Source of the DNA: Wigglesworthia glossinidia endosymbiont of Glossina morsitans morsitans (Yale colony)
GTDB taxonomy: Bacteria > Pseudomonadota > Gammaproteobacteria > Enterobacterales > Enterobacteriaceae
NCBI RefSeq assembly: GCF_000247565.1
Contig: NC_016893.1
Coordinates: 270,001 to 302,000 of the forward strand
DNA: 32,000 nt
Direction of reading: 5' to 3'
Position 1 is the first letter of the stretch; each line of letters starts with the position of its first letter. The notes under the pieces were generated by a model that was not told the DNA's origin, searched no databases, and was given only the letters and a program-made list of their open reading frames with translations. A program made the translations under genes and the position numbers. Below, one piece after another: positions 1 to 10,655 of this stretch.

Positions 1-1061
1 GTCCAAGCATGTTACCTAAAGCGGTATTAGTAAAAATAAAAAATGAGTTATTTAATTGGAATAATACTAAAGTTTCCATAATGGAGATAAGTCATCGTAA
101 TCAAAAATTTTTAGATTTAATTGAGATAATGAAAAAAGATCTAAAAGATCTTTTAAATATTCCTAAAAACTATAATATCTTGTTTTTACAAGGAGGAGCG
201 CGTACACAATTTTCTAGTATTCCAATAAATTTAATCAAAAATGCATCAGAAACAGCAGACTATATTAATAGTGGATATTGGGGGGAATATGCAGCATGTG
301 AAGCTAAAAAATATTGTATAGTAAATTTAATTGATGTAATTTATCAAAAAAAATCGCAAAAATTTATTTTACCTATGAAATTATGGAAAATTTCAAAAAA
401 TAGCAAATACATACACTATTGTCCAAATGAAACGATAGACGGAATTGCAATACATAATACGCTAAATTTTAAAAATAAAATAATTATAGGCGATTTTTCA
501 TCTACTTTTCTCTCTAGTCCCATTGATATTAATAAGTTCGGAATTATTTATGCTAGTTCACAAAAAAATATTGGTCCATCAGGAATGACTGTAGTAATTT
601 TTCGTAATGATTTAGTTTTTAGTAAAAATATTACTATACCGTCTTGTTTAAATTATCAATTATTATATAAACATAATTCTCTTTTTAATACACCGCCAAC
701 TTTTACTTGGTACGCATCTAGCTTAGTATTAAAATGGTTAAAATCTCAAGGAGGATTATTAAACATGCATAAAATAAATCAAAAAAAATCTAAACTACTC
801 TATAATGCTATAGATAAAAGTAACTTTTATCATAATAATATTGCTCATGAATATCGTTCTTACATGAACGTAATATTTCATTTACCAAATGAAACTTTGA
901 ACAATCTTTTTTTAAAATTATCGCAAAATTCTGGTTTGCTTTTTTTACAAGGACATCGCGTTGCAGGCGGTATTAGAGCATCTTTATACAATGCAATGCC
1001 AATATCAGGAGTTAAAAAATTAATAAAATTTATGAAATATTTTGAAAAAAATTATGGATAA
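1..1061 (+). CDS. serC: Phosphoserine aminotransferase, 5' end truncated by window edge
   Basis: The ORF is open upstream of the called ATG at 9 (bases 3-8 read P-S, matching the SerC 'SSGP(A/S)MLP' start). Conserved segments include 'HYCPNETIDGIAI', 'ADFSST', the PLP-lysine region 'YASSQKNIGPSGMT' and 'NTPPTF.WY'. The next gene is aroA, as in Enterobacterales. Confidence 0.97.
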   Translation, partial: PSMLPKAVLVKIKNELFNWNNTKVSIMEISHRNQKFLDLIEIMKKDLKDLLNIPKNYNILFLQGGARTQFSSIPINLIKNASETADYINSGYWGEYAACEAKKYCIVNLIDVIYQKKSQKFILPMKLWKISKNSKYIHYCPNETIDGIAIHNTLNFKNKIIIGDFSSTFLSSPIDINKFGIIYASSQKNIGPSGMTVVIFRNDLVFSKNITIPSCLNYQLLYKHNSLFNTPPTFTWYASSLVLKWLKSQGGLLNMHKINQKKSKLLYNAIDKSNFYHNNIAHEYRSYMNVIFHLPNETLNNLFLKLSQNSGLLFLQGHRVAGGIRASLYNAMPISGVKKLIKFMKYFEKNYG

Positions 1062-1099
1062 AACAAAATTTAAATTTAGATATTGTTAGTATAAATAAT

Positions 1100-2383
1100 A
1101 TGAATAATAGTATTGTTATAAATCCTATTTCTTATGTGTACGGTAATGTGTATCTTCCAGGATCAAAAAGCATATCTAATCGCGCAATTTTATTATCGGC
1201 GCAAACCGAAGATCAAACACAATTAATTAATCTTCCAAATAACGATGATATCACAGTGATGTTGCAAGCTCTTAATTGTTGCAAAGTAAAATATAAATAT
1301 CATTGCAACAATCAAACCTGTAACATTCAAGGCAATAAAAATGCATTAAAAAGTTTTGCCGAAATTATATTTCTTAAAAATTCTGGTACTGCTATGCGTT
1401 TGCTTACTGCAGCATTTTCTATAAGAAAAAATAATGTTGTTTTAATGGGCAGTGATAGAATGCATCAAAGACCAATTGGACCTTTAGTAGATGCTTTAAG
1501 ACAAGGTGGTGCAAAAATTAATTATTTAAATAAAAAAAATTTCCCGCCATTAAAAATTTTTGGAGGATATCGTGGAGGTCATATTACAATTAACTGCAAT
1601 ATTTCTAGTCAATTTTTAACTGCTTTACTCATCATGGCCCCATTAGCACCAAAAGATACAGTAATTTATATAAAGAAAAAAATCACTTCACTATCTTATA
1701 TTAAAATGACAATGTCTATAATGAAAATTTTTAATATTTTTGTTCAACATAATAATTATAAAATTTTTTATTTAAAAGGAAAATGTTTTTATAAATCACC
1801 TAAAAAATACGTTATCGAAGGAGATGCATCAAGTGCTTCTTATTTTTTAGCAGCAGGAGCTATAAAAGGGAAAAACGTGCAAGTTTTTGGTATAAATAAA
1901 GATAGTATACAAGGTGAAATTAAATTTGCACATATTTTAAAAAATATCGGTGCTAATATTCATTATGGAAAAAATTATATCTTATGTTCACGTAATCATC
2001 TTAACAGAATAAACGTAAATGTATTCGAAATGCCAGATTCTGGCATGACAGCAGCTATTGTAGCGCTTTTTTGCAAAAAATATAGTATATTAAAAAATGT
2101 TCAAAATTGGAAATTAAAAGAATGTAATCGCATAGAAGCAATATTAAATGGATTAAAAAAAATTGGAGTATATTACTTTTATAAAAATAATAATCTTATT
2201 ATTCATCCTCCTAAAAAATTTATACATGCTACTATCGAAACTTACGAAGATCATAGAATAGCAATGTGTTTTTCGTTATTAGCTTTATCAGAAGTATCGA
2301 TTAGGATTATAGATCCTAGCTGTGTCAAAAAAAGCTTTCCAAAATTTTTTGAAACATTAAATAATATCAGTTATTCAATTTAA
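1100..2383 (+). CDS. aroA: 3-phosphoshikimate 1-carboxyvinyltransferase (EPSP synthase)
   Basis: 'LPGSKSISNRA', 'NSGTAMR', 'RPIGPLVDAL', 'SSQFLTALL', 'EGDASSASYFLAAGAIKG' and 'EDHRIAMCFSL' match EPSPS. It lies directly downstream of serC. Confidence 0.97.
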   Translation: MNNSIVINPISYVYGNVYLPGSKSISNRAILLSAQTEDQTQLINLPNNDDITVMLQALNCCKVKYKYHCNNQTCNIQGNKNALKSFAEIIFLKNSGTAMRLLTAAFSIRKNNVVLMGSDRMHQRPIGPLVDALRQGGAKINYLNKKNFPPLKIFGGYRGGHITINCNISSQFLTALLIMAPLAPKDTVIYIKKKITSLSYIKMTMSIMKIFNIFVQHNNYKIFYLKGKCFYKSPKKYVIEGDASSASYFLAAGAIKGKNVQVFGINKDSIQGEIKFAHILKNIGANIHYGKNYILCSRNHLNRINVNVFEMPDSGMTAAIVALFCKKYSILKNVQNWKLKECNRIEAILNGLKKIGVYYFYKNNNLIIHPPKKFIHATIETYEDHRIAMCFSLLALSEVSIRIIDPSCVKKSFPKFFETLNNISYSI

Positions 2384-2430
2384 TTTTTTTTAAAAGAGTT
2401 AAAGCTTGTTGGTTAATTTAAAATATTAAA

Positions 2431-3135
2431 ATGAAGAGGACAAATAGAAAAACCAAAAAAAATGTTATTACGATAGATGGACCTAGCGCTTCTGGAAAAG
2501 GAATAATCTCTAAAAATCTTGCAAGAATTTTCGGTTGGAACATTTTGAATTCCGGTGCAATATATCGATCTTTAGCATTTTTGTCAGTAAAAAATAAAGT
2601 TTCATACTTAGTAGAAAGTAATTTATTATTTTTAACAGATCAATTAAATTTAAAATTTAAAATTAAAAAAAATAAATTATTTATAATTTTAAATAATCAA
2701 GATGTTACTCTAAATATATTAGATGAAAAAATAGGAATTATAGCATCAAAAATTTCTATTTTTCCTTCATTAAGAAAAAAAATATTAAACATGCAAAAAA
2801 ATTTTTATCAACCTCCAGGTCTCATAGCAGAAGGGCGTGATATGGGATCTATAGTTTTTCCAGAAGCTTCTGTTAAAATATTTCTTGATGCTTCATTAAA
2901 AATACGAGCTATACGTCGTACGAAACAGTTGCAGAAAAAAGGCTTTAATGTTAATTTTAAAGATATATTTTTTAAAATAAGGGATCGAGATAATTCGGAT
3001 ATAAATCGAAAAATAGCACCTTTAGCACCAGATTCGCAAGCTTTAATAATTGATTCTACATTGTTAAATGTAGAAGAAGTAATACAAAAAATTATTTTTT
3101 ATACAAAACAAAAAATTAATTTAAACATAAATTAA
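2431..3135 (+). CDS. cmk: Cytidylate kinase
   Basis: P-loop 'ITIDGPSASGKG', plus 'LNSGAIYR', 'GLIAEGRDMGSIVFPEA.VKIFLDAS' and 'RDNSDINRKIAPLAP'. Located upstream of rpsA. Confidence 0.96.
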   Translation: MKRTNRKTKKNVITIDGPSASGKGIISKNLARIFGWNILNSGAIYRSLAFLSVKNKVSYLVESNLLFLTDQLNLKFKIKKNKLFIILNNQDVTLNILDEKIGIIASKISIFPSLRKKILNMQKNFYQPPGLIAEGRDMGSIVFPEASVKIFLDASLKIRAIRRTKQLQKKGFNVNFKDIFFKIRDRDNSDINRKIAPLAPDSQALIIDSTLLNVEEVIQKIIFYTKQKINLNIN

Positions 3136-3199
3136 TTTAATTTTAAAAAATTTTATTCAATTTAATTAAACTAATTATAATACTTGAAGACTACAAAAT

Positions 3200-4873
3200 A
3201 TGACAGAATCTTTTTCCCAACTTTTTAAAGAATCTTTAAATGAAATTCAAACTCGTCCAGGTTCCTTAATTAAAGGTACCGTCATTTCTATTTTAAAAGA
3301 TATAGTATTAGTAGATGCAGGACTAAAATCTGAATCTGCTATCCCTATAGTACAGTTTTTAAATTCTCAAGGAGAATTAGAAGTTAAAATAGGTGATGTA
3401 ATAGACGTTACATTAGATGCGATCGAAGATGGTTTCGGAGAAACAATACTTTCTCGAGAAAAAGCTAAAAGATATGCAGCATGGTCACATTTAGAAAAAG
3501 CTCATGAAGAATCTACGATTGTAAACGGGGTAATTAACGGCAAAGTAAAAGGTGGTTTTACGGTAGAATTACACGGTATTCGAGCATTCTTGCCAGGGTC
3601 ATTAGTAGATATCAGACCAATTAGGGATTCCGTAAATTTAGAAGGAAAAAATTTTGAATTTAAAGTTATTAAGTTAGATCAAAAAAGAAATAACGTCGTT
3701 GTTTCACGTAGAGCAGTAATAGAATCTGAAAATAGTGCAGAAAGAGAACATATTCTAAATAATTTACAAGAAGGCGCACAAGCTACTGGTATTGTGAAAA
3801 ATTTAACAGACTATGGAGCATTTATAGATTTAGGAGGCATTGACGGCTTATTGCATATTACAGATATGGCTTGGAAACGAGTAAAACATCCTAGCGAAAT
3901 AGTTGGTATGGGAGATGAAATTACTGTAAAAATTTTAAAATTTGATCGCGAAAAAACTCGCGTATCTTTAGGATTAAAACAGCTCAGTCAAGATCCATGG
4001 ATTAATCTTTCTACTAAATACCCTGAAAATAAAAACGTATCTGGTAGAGTAACAAATCTTACAGATTATGGATGTTTTGTGGAAATAGAAGAAGGCGTAG
4101 AAGGCCTAGTACATATTTCAGAAATGGATTGGACAAATAAAAATATACATCCTTCAAAAGTAGTTCAAATAGGAGATATCGTAAATGTTTTAGTATTAGA
4201 TATCGACGAAGATCGTAGAAGAATTTCGTTAGGATTAAAACAATGCCAACCAAATCCATGGAAAAAATTTTCTGAAATACATAAAAAAGGCGACTGTGTA
4301 AAAGGAAAAATAAAATCTATTACTGATTTTGGAATATTTATTGGATTAGAAGGCGGAATAGACGGATTAGTGCATCTTTCCGATGTATCATGGAATCTTT
4401 CTGGAGAAGAAGCAGTAAAAGAATACAAAAAAGGAGACTTAATTTCAGCAATGGTTTTACAAGTTGATTCAGATCGAGAACGTATTTCTTTAGGTGTGAA
4501 ACAATTACTAGAAGATCCTTTTCATCATTACATCACAAAATATAAAAAAGGAGATATAGTAGACGGGAAAATTATCAAAAGAAGTGATAATATAATATTT
4601 GTACAATTAGAATCAAATGTAGATGGAATAATTAAAATTCCCGAAATATATGAAAAAAATATTGATGATATATGTAAAAAATTAAAAAATTTAGATACTT
4701 ATAAATTAAAAATTATTAATATTGATCGAAAAAATCGTATAGTGAATGTTTCATTTTTGATAAATACTAAAAATAAAAAAATGAATCACGAAAAAATTAT
4801 TCAAGAAAAAAGTTCAGATTCTTTTTCTAATGTAATGACGGAAGCATTTAAAGCAGCTACTAAAAGCGACTAA
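3200..4873 (+). CDS. rpsA: 30S ribosomal protein S1
   Basis: 557 aa with repeated S1 motifs ('[37 protein letters not shown]', '[30 protein letters not shown]'). It starts '[13 protein letters not shown]'. Confidence 0.98.
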   Translation: MTESFSQLFKESLNEIQTRPGSLIKGTVISILKDIVLVDAGLKSESAIPIVQFLNSQGELEVKIGDVIDVTLDAIEDGFGETILSREKAKRYAAWSHLEKAHEESTIVNGVINGKVKGGFTVELHGIRAFLPGSLVDIRPIRDSVNLEGKNFEFKVIKLDQKRNNVVVSRRAVIESENSAEREHILNNLQEGAQATGIVKNLTDYGAFIDLGGIDGLLHITDMAWKRVKHPSEIVGMGDEITVKILKFDREKTRVSLGLKQLSQDPWINLSTKYPENKNVSGRVTNLTDYGCFVEIEEGVEGLVHISEMDWTNKNIHPSKVVQIGDIVNVLVLDIDEDRRRISLGLKQCQPNPWKKFSEIHKKGDCVKGKIKSITDFGIFIGLEGGIDGLVHLSDVSWNLSGEEAVKEYKKGDLISAMVLQVDSDRERISLGVKQLLEDPFHHYITKYKKGDIVDGKIIKRSDNIIFVQLESNVDGIIKIPEIYEKNIDDICKKLKNLDTYKLKIINIDRKNRIVNVSFLINTKNKKMNHEKIIQEKSSDSFSNVMTEAFKAATKSD

Positions 4874-4939
4874 ATAATTCATAGAAATTTTTTTATAAGA
4901 AAGAAATATTGTAAATTTTTATAAAAATTCAATTTAGTA

Positions 4940-4977
4940 TGCACACAAAAATAGCTTAAAATATAAAGATGTGTGCA
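4940..4977. promoter_or_regulatory. 8-bp perfect inverted repeat TGCACACA-N22-TGTGTGCA between rpsA and tamA
   Basis: Arms at 4940-4947 and 4970-4977, in the 129-nt rpsA/tamA intergenic. It is less AT-rich than its surroundings. The function is unknown. Confidence 0.4.
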
Positions 4978-5002
4978 AAATATTGTTTAATATTTAAAAT
5001 AT

Positions 5003-6739
5003 ATGCACTCATTATTATATGTAATTTTTTTTATTTTTTTTTCTATAACTTCGAAGTGTTACAGTAATCAAGTTATTTTAAATATAAAAAACTCTAATAA
5101 AATTATATATAATAAAATAAAAAAATGTATAAAAGAAAATAATAATCTGATTTTTAATGAAATAGAATTTAATTTAAAAATAAAAAAAAAAATAACGACA
5201 TGTTTACGAATTATAGGATACTACAAGCCTCAAATAAAAATCAACTTTCTTGATACTAAAGATCAAAAAAATAGTATTTTAGTAATCAATATAACACCAG
5301 GATTTTCTACGAAAATATTTGATACAAAAGTGATACTGTATGGTGATGCTAAAAATGATTCAGACTATTTATTATGGATAACAAAAAATGTTCCAAAATT
5401 AGGTGATTCACTTAATCATGTCGAATACGATTTATTTAAGCAAGGACTGTCTGATATTGCTATAAAAAAAGGTTATTTTGATGCTAAATTTAAAATACAT
5501 GAATTACAAGTGTTTCCTCAACGTTTTCGTGCTCGTTGGTATGTTATATTTGATAGCGGAAGACGTTATCGATTCGGAAAAACTAAATTTTATGGATCAC
5601 AAATTAATACAAAATATTTAGAAAATATAACAAAAAAATATTTCTATAGATTTTATGATCTAGATATCTTATCAGATTTAACTAAACAGTTAGCTTCAAC
5701 AGGTTGGTTTAATTCAATTACAGTATTTCCTAATTTTTCTTATTTTAACAAATCTGAAAAAATTATTTCATTAGATGCTATTCTAATTCCTACCAAAAAA
5801 AATAAACTAGAAATTGCTTTAGGGTACAGTGCAGATGGAGGATGGCATATTAAAAGTAATTGGGAAAAACCTTGGATTAATTCTTTAGGGTACAGCATGC
5901 AGACTAATTTCAATATTGCATTACATGAAAAAACTATGAATATTAGTTATAAAATACCCATGATTATGAATCCTATTCAGGAATATTATTTATTAAAATC
6001 AAAAATAAAATATTTGCATTTAAGTAATTTCATATCTAATTCTATAATCTTGACTGCTGCAAAATATTGGAATATTAACAATTTTCAAACAGCTATTGAT
6101 ATACATTGGATTTTAGATCATTCCATAGAAAATAACTACAAAAATAAAAAAAAAATATTAATTTATCCTGGATTACAAATTAATAGAGTGCATAAAGATA
6201 CAAATATATTTCCTATGCGCGGAAATAGTCAACATTATACATTAAATATATCCAGTAATTTTTGGGGATCACATGTAAATTTTTTACTTTTACGTTCAGA
6301 AAATATATTGATTAATCATTTTATAAAAAAACATAGATATGTAATTAGAAATAATTTTGGATGGATTATCACAAATGCTTTTGAAAAAATTCCAATATCT
6401 ATGCGATTTTTTGCTGGAGGCGATCGAAGTATAAGAGGTTTCAAATATCAATCTTTATCTTTTAGAAATAAAAATAACGATATTATAGGCGCTTTAAAAT
6501 TATTTACAGTATCATTAGAATATCAATATAATTTTTATAAAAACTGGTGGAGTGTTATTTTTATTGATAGTGGTGACGCAAATAATCACTTGAAGTATCG
6601 TAATTTTAAAATAGGTATTGGATGTGGGATTCGATGGTTATCTCAAGTTGGACCAATTAAAATTGATATAGCTACGCCGATGTTTGAATCAAAAGAAAAT
6701 CGACTAGAATTTTATGTCGGATTAGGATCAGAATTATAA
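5003..6739 (+). CDS. tamA: TamA-like outer-membrane Omp85-family protein (POTRA plus barrel)
   Basis: 578 aa, signal-like N-terminus, POTRA-like region, and the Omp85 barrel motif 'RFFAGGDRSIRGFKYQSL' with C-terminal 'GPIKIDIATP...FYVGLGSEL'. Followed immediately by tamB. Confidence 0.92.
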   Translation: MHSLLYVIFFIFFSITSKCYSNQVILNIKNSNKIIYNKIKKCIKENNNLIFNEIEFNLKIKKKITTCLRIIGYYKPQIKINFLDTKDQKNSILVINITPGFSTKIFDTKVILYGDAKNDSDYLLWITKNVPKLGDSLNHVEYDLFKQGLSDIAIKKGYFDAKFKIHELQVFPQRFRARWYVIFDSGRRYRFGKTKFYGSQINTKYLENITKKYFYRFYDLDILSDLTKQLASTGWFNSITVFPNFSYFNKSEKIISLDAILIPTKKNKLEIALGYSADGGWHIKSNWEKPWINSLGYSMQTNFNIALHEKTMNISYKIPMIMNPIQEYYLLKSKIKYLHLSNFISNSIILTAAKYWNINNFQTAIDIHWILDHSIENNYKNKKKILIYPGLQINRVHKDTNIFPMRGNSQHYTLNISSNFWGSHVNFLLLRSENILINHFIKKHRYVIRNNFGWIITNAFEKIPISMRFFAGGDRSIRGFKYQSLSFRNKNNDIIGALKLFTVSLEYQYNFYKNWWSVIFIDSGDANNHLKYRNFKIGIGCGIRWLSQVGPIKIDIATPMFESKENRLEFYVGLGSEL

Positions 6740-6744
6740 AAATT

Positions 6745-9700
6745 ATGTCACGTATTTTTTTAAAAATATTTTACATAAATCTAATATTTAACATTTTTTT
6801 ATTTTTTTTTCATGTTACTTATAATTTACGCGTAATAGAAAATACTGTAAATTTTTTTATACCTAATTTGTTCATAAATAAAATACAAATAATTTCTAAT
6901 AGCATAAATTTTTATTCTATTAAATATCAAAATAAAAAATTTGACTTAACAATCGATGAATTGCAAATATTTTTTAATTTTGATTTGCTAAATTACAAAA
7001 AAATTTTTAGTAGTTCTTCTAAATTGAAAAACATCAAATTGCAATTTAATTTCACACAATCAGAAATGAATTTTATTGAGAATATTGCAAAAGAAAAAAA
7101 TATTTTTAGTTTTTTAATTCAATTATTTTTGAAAAATATTTATATAAACAATATTTATATTTATTGTAGAGACTTAATAATCTTTTCAGAAAAGATCATC
7201 ATGAATATGAATTTTTTGAAAGATTCTATAGATATTAATTTTATACAAGCTTTGAACAATACTTTAAATGTTCCAATTAATGGGAATTATCAAAATAGCT
7301 TACTAAAATTAAAAAAATTATTGGAATCAAAAAATGTTCAAAGTTTTTTTATAAAAAACAAAATATCGTATCAAACAAAAAATATTTTAAGTTTTAATAA
7401 AAAAATTGGTTTTTTTAGCAACTTATTTGTTCCTGAAATTAGAAAAAATAAAATAAATAATTCAAGTAATTATAATAAAAATTTTTTACACAATAAAAAC
7501 ATTTTAAAAATAAATTTTAATTTTCATGGAAAATTAAATTATACAAAAAATTTTTTAAATTGGAATATAAAAACGAATTGTAATAATTTTTTTATTCTAG
7601 AAAAAAAAATATATGAATCAAAAATAAACAATTATTTTTTGGAAGGTTACATTTCCAAGATTAAAAAAAATTTAATAGAATTAAATTCTAAAATTATCTC
7701 TGATAATGATAAAAAAACTGCATATATTTTTGCATCATTTTATCATAATGCAAAATATATTTTGAAAATTAACAACTTTTATTTTTCCGTAGATGAAAAT
7801 ACAATCTTTTTACAAAGAAATATTGCAAATATTAATAATTTAAACATTCAATTTTATATAAATTTTGAAATACTCAAATTTAATGGAAATTTTAAATTGA
7901 ATTTTAAAAAAGATAATAAAAATATGTATTTTTTAATTAATTTAAATAAATTTTTATTTGGTAGATTACAAATCGAAAATATTTATTTAAAAGGGGAAAG
8001 ATTTAATATTTATAATTACAAAAATATTGTTTTTTATTTAAAAAATATAACAATTTTTAAGCAAATATTTGTTAAAAAATTATATTTTAATATTTGGGGT
8101 AACGTTTACAATCATATTGCATGTTTATTATTTCAAAAAAATAATTATATTAAAAAAATTAAAATCTATGGTACATATAATAATCAAAAATTTTGGAATG
8201 GTTTGATTAAATTTGAAAATTTATATAAAAAAGAAAATTCATACAAGGTACTTTTAAATAATTTTTTCGAAATAAATTTACATAAAAATAATTTTTTTAT
8301 CAAACATTATTCAAAAAATAAAAAATTTATATACATTATTGCACAACATACTATTTTGCAAACTTCTAATACAATAAAAATACAAATAAGAGATACAAAT
8401 ATAGAAATTTTAAATTATTTTTTACCATCTAAAATTTTTTTAAAAGGATTAATTCACGGATATTTTGAACTATCTTTACAACAAGATAGGATAGTACCAG
8501 ATATTAAAGTATATCTTACAGGCAACAATATCCATATAAGATATTATCAGGAATTTATTCAATGTAAATATTCTTTTGAAACTGTAAAATTTTTTACTAT
8601 TTTAAAACAAGATAAAATATATTTATCATGGAAAACACAACTCGAAAATCATAGTAAATTTGAAGGATATATTAATATTTTAAATATAACAAATAAATAT
8701 AATATATCTGGTTATATTTTATTTCAGAAAGTTCCGTTAACTTTTTTAAAACCTATTATGTTACATTTAAATATTACAGGTATAATAAATTCTGAAATAT
8801 TTTTTAATAATTTTAATATTATTGGAAATACAAATATTCAATTATTATCTATAAATAATGAATTTATAAAATTAGAATTTATTAGCAGCGAATTTAATAT
8901 GAAATTTTTAGGTAATATATGTATTTTAGATGGATTAGTGCGTACTAATAAAGGAACTTTAAAATTAAACGGTATAGCAAATTGGCTTGATAAAAATGTT
9001 CGACAGGTGCTTATTAATTTATCAGGAAATAAAATAGATTTAATTATATTAAATTTTATGAAGATAGAAGTTTCTCCTGATATCAAAATAAAAATTAAAG
9101 AAAATTTGTGTACTATTACGGGAAAAATTCAATTATCGCAATTTTTTATAGAAATTGAAAAAATTCCAAATCGTACTTTACGTATATCACCAGACGAAAT
9201 TTTGTTTAGCAAAAATAATGTATCAAATATTTTAAATAAACGTAAAATTATACCGTATGATATTAAAATATATTCTAACATATCTATTTTTGTAGAAAAT
9301 AACCTAGAAATTGATTTATTAAATATTAAAGCTAAATTAAAAGGAAATTTAAAATTTGTTAAAAATTTATATAACATTAATTTAAATGGTCGTATAGAAA
9401 TTATTTCTGGCTATTTAAATATTTATGGACAAGATTTAGAAATTAAAAAAGGACAAATTATATTTTCTGGTCCTATTAAAATGCCATATATAGATTTAGA
9501 AGCAAATCAATATGCATTTTCTAACAAACAACATACAATTTCAAGCATGCAAATTTTTGGAGCATTAGATCATCCTAAATTATATATTTTTTCTGATCCA
9601 GAAAAATCAGATCAAGAAATATTCTCTTATTTATTAGATCAAAACAAAATTGATGCACCAAATTTTGATACTAAAAACATACTTGCTTCCATGTTATTAG

Positions 9701-9978
9701 AACTAGGAATAATGAAAAGTGAATATTTTATTCAAAAAATTGGAAATATACTAGGCATACAAAATTTATCATTAGATAAACAAGGATTAGGTAATAAATC
9801 GAAAATTCTATTAAGTGGAAGTTTATTTCCGAAATTAAAAATAAAATACGGAATTGGTATATTTGATATCACTAAATCAATATTAACGTTAAGTTATAAA
9901 TTAACCAAAAATATATATTTAGAAGCTATATCGGAAGAAAATCAAGCGGTAGATATAATCTACCGATTTGATTTTTAA
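6745..9978 (+). CDS. tamB: TamB-like translocation and assembly module / AsmA-like bridge protein (DUF490)
   Basis: 1077 aa, N-terminal TM segment, and a conserved C-terminus 'SLDKQGLGNKSKILLSGSLFPKLKIKYGIGIFD...LTKNIYLEAISEENQAVDIIYRFDF'. Starts 5 nt after the tamA stop. Confidence 0.92.
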   Translation: MSRIFLKIFYINLIFNIFLFFFHVTYNLRVIENTVNFFIPNLFINKIQIISNSINFYSIKYQNKKFDLTIDELQIFFNFDLLNYKKIFSSSSKLKNIKLQFNFTQSEMNFIENIAKEKNIFSFLIQLFLKNIYINNIYIYCRDLIIFSEKIIMNMNFLKDSIDINFIQALNNTLNVPINGNYQNSLLKLKKLLESKNVQSFFIKNKISYQTKNILSFNKKIGFFSNLFVPEIRKNKINNSSNYNKNFLHNKNILKINFNFHGKLNYTKNFLNWNIKTNCNNFFILEKKIYESKINNYFLEGYISKIKKNLIELNSKIISDNDKKTAYIFASFYHNAKYILKINNFYFSVDENTIFLQRNIANINNLNIQFYINFEILKFNGNFKLNFKKDNKNMYFLINLNKFLFGRLQIENIYLKGERFNIYNYKNIVFYLKNITIFKQIFVKKLYFNIWGNVYNHIACLLFQKNNYIKKIKIYGTYNNQKFWNGLIKFENLYKKENSYKVLLNNFFEINLHKNNFFIKHYSKNKKFIYIIAQHTILQTSNTIKIQIRDTNIEILNYFLPSKIFLKGLIHGYFELSLQQDRIVPDIKVYLTGNNIHIRYYQEFIQCKYSFETVKFFTILKQDKIYLSWKTQLENHSKFEGYINILNITNKYNISGYILFQKVPLTFLKPIMLHLNITGIINSEIFFNNFNIIGNTNIQLLSINNEFIKLEFISSEFNMKFLGNICILDGLVRTNKGTLKLNGIANWLDKNVRQVLINLSGNKIDLIILNFMKIEVSPDIKIKIKENLCTITGKIQLSQFFIEIEKIPNRTLRISPDEILFSKNNVSNILNKRKIIPYDIKIYSNISIFVENNLEIDLLNIKAKLKGNLKFVKNLYNINLNGRIEIISGYLNIYGQDLEIKKGQIIFSGPIKMPYIDLEANQYAFSNKQHTISSMQIFGALDHPKLYIFSDPEKSDQEIFSYLLDQNKIDAPNFDTKNILASMLLELGIMKSEYFIQKIGNILGIQNLSLDKQGLGNKSKILLSGSLFPKLKIKYGIGIFDITKSILTLSYKLTKNIYLEAISEENQAVDIIYRFDF

Positions 9979-10035
9979 AATAAATCTAATATTTATTAGA
10001 AAGTTTTAAAATTGAAAATATAAAATAATTTATAT

Positions 10036-10575
10036 TTAAGTAGATAACGATTGTTTACGATTAAAAGATGATATAATTTCTTTTTCAGCTTCTTGAATTC
10101 CTTTCCAAGAAATTACTTTAGTCCATTTTTTTTCTTCAAGATCTTTATAATGTTCAAAAAAATGAGTAATTTGTGACTTCAGTAAATGAGAAATGTCGTT
10201 AATGTTCTTTATTGCATTACTATATCCAGCAAGTAACTTTTGATGTGGAATAGCAATAATTTTAGCATCTTCTCCTGATTCGTCGATCATTTTTAATACG
10301 CCAATTGGTTGACAACGTATCACAGAACCATGTAATACTGGAAATGGAGTAGGTACTAATATATCTAACGGATCTCCGTCTAAAGAAATTGTATGATTTA
10401 TATATCCATAATTGCATGGATAAAACATAGATGTCGGAATAAATCTATTCACAAATAATATTCCGGTATCTTTATCTACTTCGTATTTAATTGGACTAGA
10501 ATGTGTAGGAATTTCTATGATTGCATAAATATCATGCGGAAGATTTTTTCCTGCCGGTACTGAATTTAAATTCAT
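10036..10575 (-). CDS. ppa: Inorganic pyrophosphatase
   Basis: '[61 protein letters not shown]' is characteristic of family I PPase. Confidence 0.97.
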   Translation of the reverse strand: MNLNSVPAGKNLPHDIYAIIEIPTHSSPIKYEVDKDTGILFVNRFIPTSMFYPCNYGYINHTISLDGDPLDILVPTPFPVLHGSVIRCQPIGVLKMIDESGEDAKIIAIPHQKLLAGYSNAIKNINDISHLLKSQITHFFEHYKDLEEKKWTKVISWKGIQEAEKEIISSFNRKQSLST

Positions 10576-10655
10576 AATGTTTCCTTAATATTTAAAATAA
10601 GTTATATATAAAATATATAATAAAAAAGATCTAATTATTTAAAATTTATTTTTTT

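Noticed and set aside
4059-4428. Two minus-strand ORFs (66 and 87 aa) opposite rpsA
   Set aside because: Antisense open frames over highly conserved S1 repeats, with no protein family features or upstream signals.
8838-9377. Two 82-aa minus-strand ORFs opposite tamB
   Set aside because: Fully inside tamB coding sequence, with no homology clues.
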